The notes: generated by a model not told the origin, from the letters alone. A stretch of 62,821 nucleotides of DNA, filler included, from Octopus bimaculoides (GCF_001194135.2; 6 parts of 6 records of this genome joined end to end with filler, not necessarily neighbours in it); one strand, 5' to 3'. Shown: positions 49,292 to 61,712, counted from the whole stretch's first letter. Translations and numbers: made by a program.

Positions 49292-51200
49292 TGATAGAAA
49301 TAGCAAGACAACAAAAGAATGAAAGAGACCTCAATGTAAATAGAGGAATTTATCTGTAAATATAATATGTGACAATTATTCGGTAGCCATGATAAAACTC
49401 AGGGTTTTGGATGTCGGGGCGGAAACCCATGCTGGCATCTCTTCAGTTATCGAAAAAAGTCCTATGAAAATGACTGTTAAAACAAAGGCAAATTACTGTG
49501 TCATTGACCGTTATTAAGACAAAAGAGCTATTAGAATGACCGCTAAGTAAGGGGAGAGGGTAAAGGTAAGGGAGTAAAAATGTTCATAGTAATCACGTTA
49601 GCGTGTATGTCCATACATACACATGTGCACCCACACACCCACATACATGCACCTATATGTATATACTCATCCACCTTCACTTGAAACACACACATGCTGC
49701 ACACTTGCTCGCACACACACACGTGCACACAAATAAGGTTTATACACACGTCTATGTATGCACATGCACAAGAAAAGCAGGGCAAAAGGCAAAATACAGA
49801 AAAATGTGTAAAAAAGTGTAAAAAATAAGCAATAAGAGTAAAACACGTCTATATATGCACATACTCGCAGGCACGCACACACATGTCTATATACGCACAT
49901 ACCCGCACACATCCACACGCGGGCACAAAAAGTTCCATATACACATCTATGTATGCACAGGAAAAATGCAGGGTGGAAGGTAGAATACAGAAAAATTATG
50001 TGTAAAGAAATTATATGAGCAATAAAACTATACAGCAACATCTCTATAAATATGTAAAAAATATATAAGAAATATAAGTAAAAAGTATAGAGAAATAAAA
50101 AAAGCTTGTATGTGGACACAATATAGAAAGCAAGTCTTATCTGTAATCTTGGGGGGACCAAAAACGTAACAAATATTCAGCCACATGTGGACATGATCCG
50201 AAAAGTTCAGTTCTTGAATTTAGACATGTGGCAGGATCTAAGCTGCTTTTCCAGATGAACCATCTTTCCATATCACAAAAACCGCACTTTCCACCGCCAT
50301 TGGTGTAAGGCTTACACTTGGTTAAGATCTTCCAATGGATGTTGTAACTGCCACCTTTATCGTTTAAGGACCATATATGACTGGATAATTTGGTCGTTTT
50401 CCTTTTATCCCGGTGCCTGAAACTCAAGGTGTGATTATTGAATCTGGCCTTGAAATTGCCCTCTGTAAGGCCCACGTATTTCTACATCGAAACTGTGTCC
50501 TTAGTGGATATAGAGTCCATGGTGGCTTCATAAATGATGGTCTTGGACATGCAAGCTCCATTTAACAGGCAAAAATTTTTATCCCTGCATGAACAGCTGG
50601 TTTCATATTGTGGTTTCTGTGTGTTGTGTGCGATTATATTTTTAGAATTAGTAGTTGAGCTGAAACTGATTTTTAAGTTATGTCTATTGAAGAGCTTTCT
50701 GTAAATATGGTTGACTGGAAAATGTCTATCTATCAGTGCTAAGAAATACTTGCCTATATTAAAGGTCACTTTGGGTGAGTAGGGGTGTGTGAACCAGATA
50801 GTTTTCCTATTCCTATGTTTCCTTTTCTTTATTATTGGACTGGTGGCAGGTGTATAGGTTATTTCCTCGCTAAATCCACTATCTTTTAGAGTCTTATTAT
50901 ATACTGGGGCAACGCTATTAAAAATGTCCCTTTCGGAGGAGAGGCTAGAAATTCTTTTGCTAATGTTTTTAACTAAATTTTTAAACTATGGGGGTATGGC
51001 AGGAACCCACATTAATATAACTAAGTCTATTGTTGGGCATCCTATAAGGTTTAAGGATACATCTAGGAAATTGACAACCGTCAGGTTTGTGTCTATAGTT
51101 ATGCGAAAGTTTTCATCAAATGGATAATGTCCTTCCTAAATCGATCCTGTACTAGTCCATTGGTATTTGCGGTTAAAGCTAGGGCATCATCTTATAATGG
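49270..51200 (-). mobile_element. Penelope-like element (Naiad-like): RT 3' half, linker, GIY-YIG endonuclease, long 3' UTR
   Basis: DDALA..VNFLDVSLNL..RISSLSS..IWFTHPYS..FLALIDRHFP..LFNRHNLKISFS..CSCRDKNFCLLNGAC..IIYEA..*KYVGLTEGNFKARFNNH..CGFCDMER..LNSRTELFGSCPH*; ORF ends at 50137. Confidence 0.9.
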
Positions 51201-51627
51201 AGAGGGTTATAAAAACATTTACATAGCTAGAAATAGCAGTAAAAACTGCTATATGGTATGTTTTTTGTGTTAATTTCTATGTACAGGAATGTTCTGACAT
51301 GAAGAATGAATTCACTTTTGGTTCCTAATTTCAAAATTGCAAATAGAGGATTAACTATTTATTTTTATTTAAATTTTGAATTTTTATGTCATGTCACTCA
51401 CCGACAGCTTTTATGGTTGAGAAGATATAACACAAGTGGTTATATAGCGGAAGATATAATACGTGTGATTTATAGCTGTTTCGACTGCTATTTCTAGGCA
51501 TGTAAGTGTTTTTATAACCCTCTCGGTTATAATTGTGATTTATTCACAATTATACATTCTTATATGAAAAAACTTTTTGATTGCATGTTCTGGCTACCTA
51601 TATTTGTAAATAATTTTGAATTGTTTA

Positions 51628-51727
51628 NNNNNNNNNNNNNNNNNNNNNNNNNNNNNNNNNNNNNNNNNNNNTTAATTAATTAANNNNNNNNNNNNNNNNN
51701 NNNNNNNNNNNNNNNNNNNNNNNNNNN
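51628..51727. other. Synthetic scaffold-join spacer (12-mer at 51672-51683)
   Basis: 44 N + TTAATTAATTAA + 44 N. Confidence 0.95.
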
Positions 51728-51762
<35 letters not shown>

Positions 51763-52007
51763 GGGGGGGGGTGTATGTATGTATGTAGGTATGTATATTC
51801 GCATGACTATACGTATCTATAATTCTATGTATATACGCAAATAAATGTGTGTGTATATATATTTCAGTTATGAAAGGAAAGAAAATATGCCAATATATAT
51901 GTATACCAATGTGTATGTACGTATATACACATGCATGTAAGTAGGCATGTATATAAGCTTTTACGTATACGGTGCTTTCCTATTTCTCTGACATTCTATA
52001 TATACCT

Positions 52008-52038
52008 TGACGTCAACTATTCTTTCCTTCTGACGTCA
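52008..52038. promoter_or_regulatory. Two perfect CRE palindromes (TGACGTCA)
   Basis: At 52008-52015 and 52031-52038. Confidence 0.3.
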
Positions 52039-52249
52039 CCTGATTTTTAGCTATGTTTAAACTTTCTCTTTCTATATATATATCTGAATGTATGTATTTA
52101 TGTGTGTGTGTGTTTATTTGTTTGTGTGTATGTGTATGTGTGCGTGTGTATGTGTGTGTAGGTATAATGTAGACATACAAACATATTCGTACACATATTT
52201 ATGCATATAAATACATACGTACATACACAACCCGCACTACGGTTACGTG

Positions 52250-52283
<34 letters not shown>

Positions 52284-53666
52284 TNNNNNNNNNNNNNNNN
52301 NNNNNNNNNNNNNNNNNNNNNNNNNNNNNNNNNNNNNNNNNNNNNNNNNNNNNNNNNNNNNNNNNNNNNNNNNNNNNNNNNNNNNNNNNNNNNNNNNNNN
52401 NNNNNNNNNNNNNNNNNNNNNNNNNNNNNNNNNNNNNNNNNNNNNNNNNNNNNNNNNNNNNNNNNNNNNNNNNNNNNNNNNNNNNNNNNNNNNNNNNNNN
52501 NNNNNNNNNNNNNNNNNNNNNNNNNNNNNNNNNNNNNNNNNNNNNNNNNNNNNNNNNNNNNNNNNNNNNNNNNNNNNNNNNNNNNNNNNNNNNNNNNNNN
52601 NNNNNNNNNNNNNNNNNNNNNNNNNNNNNNNNNNNNNNNNNNNNNNNNNNNNNNNNNNNNNNNNNNNNNNNNNNNNNNNTATATATATATATATATATGG
52701 TCTTAATCTTAATTATCGTGATTATTAGATCAGTATTTGGGTAACAGTGTACACTGTAGGAATACATATAAATATTTCTATTTCATCACCCATTCACAAG
52801 ATAAATTAAAGTAATCTCATTTTGATTTTTTACCTTTTGATGGTTCGACATTTCCTAATGAAATGGCAGGCAATTCTAGCGTATATGATAATAATGATGT
52901 AATATTGTAGGCACAAATAAACTACTATGCTGCTGAGACATTTGTAACATGTATTGAACAGTCATTATATATTTATTTTGATTTATTGTATGTGTATGTG
53001 TGTAACTGTGACTATGTGTGTACAAAGAGCCGCAAGCAGAGAAAGAGATTGAAAGGAAGAGAGAGAAAGAGAAAGGTAAATACAGGTAAAGTCTACATTT
53101 ATTGAAATTATTTTTGCTTCTCGTAGAAGTTAATGAGTGGCAAGTGAGTACAGCTCCGTGTGAGAAGGAGAGGAAAAGCTGGTGGATATCTTTCCGACAA
53201 TAAGCTAGGTAGCCATACTTGGGATCTGAAGGCTAACTACTCTCCACAAACCATTAAGTCAAGCATCATAGAATGATCCATCACACACATTAGTGAATCA
53301 AGGAGATTCAGTTTTTGTATAGCCGAAAGGGCCCATATCTTTTTTAAATCTAAGAACACCACCGATCTACCGAAAATTTCTCTAAATGCAAGCATCTTGA
53401 GAATTATCTACTGTCGAACATTACACCCTCTCGTTTTTTCTCGTTCTTTCTCGCGTTTTCTCAGATATTTGACATGTTGAACTTTCAGCCTGGAAGTTAG
53501 CACGATATTAGATGGTACGCTAAAAAAGCTCATCTTCATATTGTGTTATCAGAGCACGAAACTTAGAGTAGCTCACATATAAATCCCATGTGTGCAAATG
53601 ATAAGTATCTCTCGTTGAATAGAGTACCTCTTGATTGATCCCACCGATAATGGAAGGTTACTCTGC

Positions 53667-53725
<59 letters not shown>

Positions 53726-54036
53726 CCTACCTACCTATATAAATATATACATACATACATATATATATATATATATNNNNNNNNNNNNNNNNNNNNNNNN
53801 NNNNNNNNNNNNNNNNNNNNNNNNNNNNNNNNNNNNNNNNNNNNNNNNNNNNNNNNNNNNNNNNNNNNNNNNNNNNNNNNNNNNNNNNNNNNNNNNNNNN
53901 NNNNNNNNNNNNNNNNNNNNNNNNNNNNNNNNNNNNNNNNNNNNNNNNNNNNNNNNNNNNNNNNNNNNNNNNNNNNNNNNNNNNNNNNNNNNNNNNNNNN
54001 NNNNNNNNNNNNNNNNNNNNNNNNNNNNNNNNNNNN

Positions 54037-54097
<61 letters not shown>

Positions 54098-55156
54098 TTC
54101 AGAGAGTTTATACCGAACTTTGATTTGATGATTGTTACTCAGAGAACTCGAAACCCCATTAAGAGAAAACTTCCAAGATAACAGACGATTTTTTGCTTAC
54201 CAACATCACCAGTGCAACAAGAAGAGCATCACTTCGTATGTTACCGCTACTACAACAGCACCCGCTCCTATGAATGAGCACGCTGCCTGGTACCTCCATC
54301 AATTACCATCACCTCCAGTTTCTCCTCTTATTATCTACACTGTGTCTGATCCTCGTAAAATCATCAGTGTCTGAGGTTAAAACCTACAGCGCATGGATAT
54401 TTCTAAAACAAAATACTTTCGCTAGATGTGAACCACATGCCTCAGTGCTTGGGCCAAAACACTGGTTCTCTGCACCTGATATGATGCCACAGAAACATGA
54501 TTTTTATTTTTCCGCAACAGTAACCATGGCAACGCAGTTCTATCATGCAGTACGTTTAGTTTAAGATCTTATTGCGGTAGAGGATGTAAAACTGTTTGAA
54601 GTTACATATTGTTGTTGTTGTTAGGAATAATGACTAAGGTATGGAACGGCTATGTGAGGGTGGGGCTTGTCAAAAACTTCGAGTAGGGTCAGGGGAGTAA
54701 AGCTCTATTATTTATTTATTTATTGTGTCTGTTAGATGGCAGGATGAGTAAAACAGCAGACAAAAGTAATTTCGCACCTTCACATTCTAAGTTCGAATTT
54801 TGTTGATGTTTTCCCTATATAATGCGACCTTCAAGCAATATATACATATATATATTATTTGAAGATCGAATTCTATGAAGTGAAATCATGTAAGATAGCA
54901 ATTAATCAAAACAGAAAAAATTATATCAAATATATATGGCGGTGGATAAGCAGTGTCGTTAGAATGTCATGTATTCTCATACCTTGCGTTCTGAATTCGA
55001 ATTCCACCGACGTTAACTTTGCGTGTCCCCATGTTACCAAGCATTTTATTGGACGCGCCACCAATTTTCCAGTTCACCGCCCTAGTTATTATAATGATGA
55101 ACATAATAATAATAATAATAATAATAATGATAATAATAATGATAATAATAATAATA

Positions 55157-55775
55157 CGCTGTGTCGCATCTGCTCAAAACTATCACAAGTTGTGGCGGCA
55201 TGATCAGGGAGCGAAAGTGCGACATTAGAAACTGTGCGAAAAGTGGGAGGTAGAGAGAGGCAAGAGGTGGTATGAGAACAAACCGCAGAGAGTGGCGGAA
55301 TCGGGGACTAGTAAAATCGTCTGGGATTTCCCAATCAAAATAGATCAGGTGTTAGAGCGTAACAGAGCAGACCTAGTAGTGGACCACAAGATGCACCATA
55401 TATGCTATATAGTTGATGTTGCATGCCCCTTTGACCCACGAATAGTCACGAAGGGAGGCGAAAGATAGATAAATACAACTATCTTAAGTACGAAATAGCC
55501 CGGCTAAGGAAAATGAAGAAGGTGAAGATAGTTCCAATTATTGTTCGGTCTTTAGGAACAATATCAGAAGGCATTAAGAGGAATATCAAGGAAATTGGAA
55601 TAGAGTACCCAGTAGAACTGTAACAAAATTTTTCCCTCCCTGGCTCGACCAGAATAATCAGGAAAGTATTAGACAGCTGAAAAGAACGAATAGCATGGTA
55701 CCATGGGCTGCAGGTAGTAAATCCGCTACGCATGCAAGACTCCAGGAGCTTCAGCAAAATCTATGATAAAGGGAA
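55157..55775 (+). mobile_element. R4/Dong-like non-LTR element 3' end (restriction-like endonuclease) within (TAA)n
   Basis: WRHDQGAKV..KIVWDFPI..NRADLVV..IVDVACPFD..EKIDKY..IVPIIVRSLG..IIRKVLDS*; (AAT)n runs on both sides. Confidence 0.8.
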
Positions 55776-55788
55776 AATAATAATAATG

Positions 55789-55842
<54 letters not shown>

Positions 55843-56154
55843 NNNNNNNNNNNNNNNNNNNNNNNNNNNNNNNNNNNNNNNNNNNNNNNNNNNNNNNNNN
55901 NNNNNNNNNNNNNNNNNNNNNNNNNNNNNNNNNNNNNNNNNNNNNNNNNNNNNNNNNNNNNNNNNNNNNNNNNNNNNNNNNNNNNNNNNNNNNNNNNNNN
56001 NNNNNNNNNNNNNNNNNNNNNNNNNNNNNNNNNNNNNNNNNNNNNNNNNNNNNNNNNNNNNNNNNNNNNNNNNNNNNNNNNNNNNNNNNNNNNNNNNNNN
56101 NNNNNNNNNNNNNNNNNNNNNNNNNNNNNNNNNNNNNNNNNNNNNNNNNNNNNN

Positions 56155-56762
56155 CTACCATTGGTTTCATGTTAAGAAATTATCTTAATATCTTACCATT
56201 TTTTCAAGCTAATCAAATGGAGGAATGGTGTTCGTATGATTGTGTGTTGAGGTATTTCATCATGGGGAATGTATCTTCTATGTGTGGAGATTGTGTGTTG
56301 TACATATTCAATGTTCACGTTCAGGGAAGGAAATTATCCTGGTGGGATAGACGGAGTAGGTGGTGGTTCCTCTTTGAAATGCCGGAGTGTAAAATATTGC
56401 TTGTGTATACAGAAAGTGGTTTCATCCCTGATGCTTATGATGTTATCTTTTGACAGCATGATATTTAGCTTTTCAGTAATACAAAACTCACATTTGGTGC
56501 CCTTTCCCATGTATTTTCTGGCTTTAGCAATAAAGCTCCATGTTATCTGGGAATTGTTTACTCTTCTTTCTTTCAATGTTCATATCATATTGAATAGCGA
56601 TGTCACATGTCTTTATTTTTGTCTCTGAATGACGCCAGATGTTGTGTATATCTTTCCTTGAACGAGTTGCCCGTCATCCCGATATATGTCATTGCTACTC
56701 CGTTGGGATCCACGATTTTGGTTTTATATATAAGTTCTTTTCCCAGACAGCCGTAAATCCAT
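56155..56762 (-). pseudogene. Penelope-like GIY-YIG endonuclease and 3' UTR
   Basis: GCLGKELIYKTKI..TYIGMTGNSFKERYTQHLASF..ITWSFI..KCEFCITEKLNI..FCIHKQYF. Confidence 0.85.
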
Positions 56763-57303
56763 ATTAGATAATATCATACGATACATCAGAGCATATTCAA
56801 ACTTTACTCAATGGATATGTATTACTGAAATTATTGAATGGTTTAAGAAAATAGAAGATAAACCCAAATGCAAATTTATCCAATTTGACATCGTGGAGTT
56901 TTACCCCTCGATCTCAAAAAACTTGCTTCAAAAAGCACTTGAATTCGGTAAGGCATATGTTACCATAACAAACGTTGTTATAAATATAATTACCTTTTCA
57001 TAATAGTTCATATTGGGTAAAAATGAATGGGGATAAGCTATTTCATGTGGCAACCGGGAACTATGATGGTGCAGAGATAGCTGACCTAGATGTCCTTAGA
57101 AAAGAAATAAAAGAAGCCAATATGGATTTATATAAGGACGATCGCATGGAAGTGGTATACAATAAAAACGGACACGATATGGATAGGATAAGGAGAAAAT
57201 TATATAAAATATTTAACCAATTAGGTCGAAGAACCACAATTAATACCAACCTTATAGAAGTCAATTGTCTAGATATTAACATGAACATAAGCACAGGCAA
57301 ATT
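56763..57303 (+). pseudogene. Penelope-like RT fragment, inverted relative to the adjacent endonuclease
   Basis: QWICITEIIEWFKKI..FIQFDIVEFYPSISKNLLQKAL..GNYDGAEIADL..LYKDD..VNCLDINMNI. Confidence 0.85.
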
Positions 57304-57334
57304 TATATATAAGTGTGTTGTTATTATTATTCAA

Positions 57335-57530
57335 TGGTTAGCACGCCGAGCTAAATGCTTAGCGGCATTTCGTCTATCTTAACGTTCTGCGTTCAAATTC
57401 CGTCGAGGTTGACTTTAACTTTCATCCTTTTGGGATAGATAAATTAAGTAACAGTGCAACACTGAGGTCGATGTAATCGACTAGCCCTCTGCCCCCAAAT
57501 TCCAGGATTTGTGCCTATAGTAGAAAGGAT
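57335..57530 (+). mobile_element. SINE family A
   Basis: Head, core and (att)n tail. Confidence 0.85.
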
Positions 57531-57543
57531 TATTATTATTATT

Positions 57544-57750
57544 TTATGTTTGACTTTTGTTTTGCATTTGTACAAGTTGGATCCAAGTCTCACCCAGAGA
57601 CCTCAAGAGACAACAAGTTAGAAGTTCATGTAGGTGTTATGCCTAGGGTACCATATATTTGGATTTGTACAGTTTTGTTCAAGTGAATGTTTAAGAAACC
57701 ATAAGAAAATTATGTTTGCTTTAAAATTTGAGATCACATAGACAGTATTT
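57544..57750 (-). mobile_element. Probable R4/Dong-like 3' end (ORF ends KILSM*, 3' UTR, (AAT)n)
   Basis: Reverse complement: aaatactgtctatgtga..ggtctctgggtgagacttgga..aaataataataat; cut by the scaffold join. Confidence 0.5.
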
Positions 57751-57850
57751 NNNNNNNNNNNNNNNNNNNNNNNNNNNNNNNNNNNNNNNNNNNNTTAATT
57801 AATTAANNNNNNNNNNNNNNNNNNNNNNNNNNNNNNNNNNNNNNNNNNNN
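57751..57850. other. Synthetic scaffold-join spacer (12-mer at 57795-57806)
   Basis: 44 N + TTAATTAATTAA + 44 N. Confidence 0.95.
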
Positions 57851-57881
<31 letters not shown>

Positions 57882-58942
57882 ATATATATATGCACACTAT
57901 TCCCTAATATGTCTTCCTGCTTGTTACCTGCTTAAATACCCCGACGGTATTGAATTCCTTTTAGACCATGCTTTCATCTTTAAGGACAACTTCATTCTTC
58001 AAATATGTGTGTGTGTGCGCGCGCGTTTGTGTAGCTATGCGTGCGTGTTGAATGTCTGTATCATGTGTATTAGGATATTATCTTGGTCGTCTACGAAAAT
58101 CCATTTATGTAACCAACTCTGGATTTCGCTCTAATCCATCCGCGATAAAAAACATTCTTTGCTTTTACAAACACTTATACAATATCTACTTTCGAAGGCG
58201 TTGCAGTGTAATTTTAAAGATACTGGTCTCTGTTTCTGAAACCTCCAGTTAGTTATTTACAGAATAAAATGGTTAGCTTCAGATCAAGTGTAATCGACAC
58301 TTCACATCAGGTTTGCGTAGATTACTATAGAAATCCATCGCATATGGAAAATCAAACACAGCAAATAATCATATGTATTTCTATTTTTTTATTCTCTTTT
58401 CCTTTTCCTCCAATTTATTAGCTTCACATTCGGCGATGCCTTATTCTAACAGAGCAACACTATGCAAATTCGGCAGATAATATTTAAGAATAGTTTCCGA
58501 ATCCATAATCCATAATTTCACAGCAAGTGAACAGAATAATCTTCAGCATATCATGGCCAGATTCCTATCAAATCCACTGAAATGAAACGACAGTGTGAAA
58601 TTACGAAATATAGAAAACACAGCCATCATAATATAAACCGTCTAAGAAGGATCAACCTTATTCTAACAGCATATTAGCAACAATACTACTCGGATGCCCC
58701 GTTATTAAAATACACAGGATTTGTGCATGTTGATATAAAGTATAATATAAAAGGACAGTTGTGTTCCTTGTTCCAGATGGCAGAAAGGAGTAGCTATTAG
58801 ATTTTACCGTTTATATCTCTGTTTCTTGATCTCGGTTAAATGAAAGATTTCCAATGCCGTAAATGATAACGCGAGCATAGAGATACATACATAAATGCAT
58901 GCTTACATATATGTATATATACACATGTGTGTTTATATATGC

Positions 58943-59029
<87 letters not shown>

Positions 59030-59321
59030 TATGTATGTGATTGTGTTAATATATATTTATAGATGTATTATTTATGTATGCATATGTGTAATAATATTTA
59101 CATAGATACGTACATTCATAAATATTTGTCTGTATATATATTTGTGCGTGTGTGTATGTGTACACGTAAGGTGTAGTCCTTTCTGTCCAAGAAAGCAAGT
59201 GTTGTTAGATATAAAAGAACCCAGAGGCAGAGATGTTGGTAAATACGCATTAAATGGCTTCTCCAATTGCAGGAAGTACGGAATAAACGTGCTTCCTGAG
59301 GTGGACTGAAATGTCATACGA

Positions 59322-59374
<53 letters not shown>

Positions 59375-59597
59375 CACATATGTATATATATATGTATATA
59401 CATACACTGTGAATGCATACATATATGGTATGCGCTTGTCTGTATGTCTCTGTGTGTATGTTTTCATATATGCATAATGTTTCCAATAAAAAGTTAAAGA
59501 CCTCCATATTTGCCTGATACGTTGGATTCTCTCAGCAAAGATATCAAAGGTAATTTCTAAATTGGCAATGTATAAAGGCAATTTATATTATATTTTA

Positions 59598-60288
59598 ACG
59601 ACCCTGAAAATTTGAAATGCGAAGTCGACCATGATTTGAACTCAGAACTTCAAAACACATAAAACGCCGCTAAGCATTTTTGGCCAGCGGCGCGATGTTT
59701 CTGCCAGCTCTCCACCTTAATACTGTGGTGACAATAATAACACAATCTATGCCACTGGGGATGCCCATGTACCACGGAGAGAACCTATATCTTATACGTT
59801 ATGGAAAAGCATAAACACAACTTCTACACTAAGCACAAGGCTAGATGACATAGTCGACCCCACGGCTCAACTGCCGCTTATTTTACCAATCCTGAAAGGA
59901 TTAAAAAAAGATAAAAATCGACCCGAGTAAAATTCGAACACAGTTCCTTAACACGAAGGAAATGTCGTTATGTTTTTTTTCCTTTCCGGCATGCTAATGT
60001 CTCTACCAGCTCACCAGTCACTAGAAGAAATAACAGGCAAAATACTTGAATTTGTAATTTTAGAAAGAGTTCTGCTATATCTGAACGTAAATATAATTTT
60101 TTCTACTCTAGGTACAAAGGGCTCAGTCGATTAAATCGACCCCAGTAAGTGACTTTTACTTAATTTATCCACCCTGACAGGTTGAAAAGCAAAGTCAACC
60201 TCGGCGGAATTCGAACTCAGAACATAAAGACAAAATACCGCTAAGCATTTCGCTCGGCGTGCTAACGGTTCTGCCAGCTCGCTGCCTT
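59598..60288 (-). mobile_element. Three tandem SINE A copies (about 59598-59720, 59835-60012, 60095-60288)
   Basis: Each ends on the + strand in ..ctgccagctc/ctaccagctc, the reverse of the A head. Confidence 0.75.
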
Positions 60289-60310
60289 CTGTACGTTAAT
60301 ATAATGTTCG

Positions 60311-60532
60311 AAAGTGACGGCGGTGAGATGGCAGAATTGTTAGTACGCCGGGCGAAATGCATAGCGGTGGTTCGTCCGTCTTTACGTTCTGAGTTCGAAT
60401 TCAGCCGAGATCGACATCGCCTTTAATCCATTCGAGGTCTATGAAATAAGTACCAGCTTAATAATGGGGTTGATGTATCTACCTTAGCATCTTGCCCGAA
60501 ATTGCTGGCCGCGTACCAAATTTTAAATCCAG
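60311..60532 (+). mobile_element. SINE family A with an 11-bp TSD
   Basis: TATAATGTTCG at 60300-60310 and 60533-60543. Confidence 0.85.
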
Positions 60533-60848
60533 TATAATGTTCGGAGAATTGTAAATTGAAATTGTAGATGTTCGTAATGATATACAACTAATTTGAAATT
60601 CATGCTGAATAAGTATATTTCTAAAGTTGCTGAACAGGTAAGAGGGATATATTAATGCATCTAAGTATGCATGGAAATATCTATGCTGCAAATGGAATTG
60701 ATTAAAGAAATAATACAAAATTAAGTTTTCCATATTTCACGTAGATAGCTCAGTTAGATCCCTTTCGAGATATTGAATATCGTATCGGTGTGTGTGTATT
60801 GGTGTATATCTATGCATACTTGCAAAATATAAGCAAGATTCGATGCAT

Positions 60849-60886
<38 letters not shown>

Positions 60887-60986
60887 NNNNNNNNNNNNNN
60901 NNNNNNNNNNNNNNNNNNNNNNNNNNNNNNTTAATTAATTAANNNNNNNNNNNNNNNNNNNNNNNNNNNNNNNNNNNNNNNNNNNN
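60887..60986. other. Synthetic scaffold-join spacer (12-mer at 60931-60942)
   Basis: 44 N + TTAATTAATTAA + 44 N. Confidence 0.95.
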
Positions 60987-61431
60987 ATATATATATATAT
61001 ACACACACATATATACATATATGTGTCTGTTTGCGTGTGTGTTTGTGGTGATATATTTGTGTGTGTACACGTACGTTGCGTGTGTAGACGGTCGTCAGAG
61101 TGATTTAGTAATTTTTCACGGAAATGTTTATAGAGGAAAATGTTTTCTGTGTAAAAAAATTCTGTATAAAAATGTTTACCCTTTTTTTTCTACTTTTTAG
61201 ACATTGATACATATATTTTTCCTACAGACAGAATCTATATTTTCTGCTAAATTGTTTTAAACAGGTTACGAACAAACCTAACACTGTTTGTATATTAACA
61301 AATTTTGAATTATATATATATATATATACACATATATGTATGGTTGAAATTTACAGAAAAGCAAAAGACGAAGTCGGGTGTATAAACAAAAAGCAGGTGT
61401 ATTAGTTTGACGTTCGGGCGAGAGTGGAAAT

Positions 61432-61467
61432 CTTTTATGTTTTGAGCCTGCGCTCTTCAACAGAAAG
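61432..61467 (-). ncRNA. Decayed minimal HHR-like motif in a Penelope-type repeat
   Basis: CUUU-CUGUUGA-A-GAGC gcag GCUC-AAAAC-AUA-AAAG; same layout as 10633-10667 with two CpG-decay changes. Confidence 0.45.
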
Positions 61468-61712
61468 AAACATGACGAAATGAACTGAGAGAGAATATAT
61501 ATATATTCACAATGACCTTCCCTTCAGTCAGCCTCAATCTGACTGAAACCCTCCCTTGTTCCCCCTCTCCTTTTTCTTTATTTTTAACAACTTTAAACAA
61601 TTACCCACTCCCATATCTTTTACCTCTTCCTTCTTTTCTATTATTTCTTCTTACATACGTAGATGCAACCGCTAATATATGATTTATAAAAACATGTGAC
61701 ATATTAATAAAA

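Noticed and set aside
51287-51330. Exon after the strong acceptor ttctatgtacag
   Set aside because: No good donor, and stops occur within a few codons in all frames
50137-56762. Selenocysteine (UGA) recoding in the Naiad-like endonucleases
   Set aside because: The conserved Cys positions are normal Cys codons; observed stops are TAG, TAA or a TGA at a Trp position, consistent with decay
58439-58670. 14-bp direct repeat CCTTATTCTAACAG as a TSD
   Set aside because: The enclosed sequence shows no TIR, tail or recognisable element
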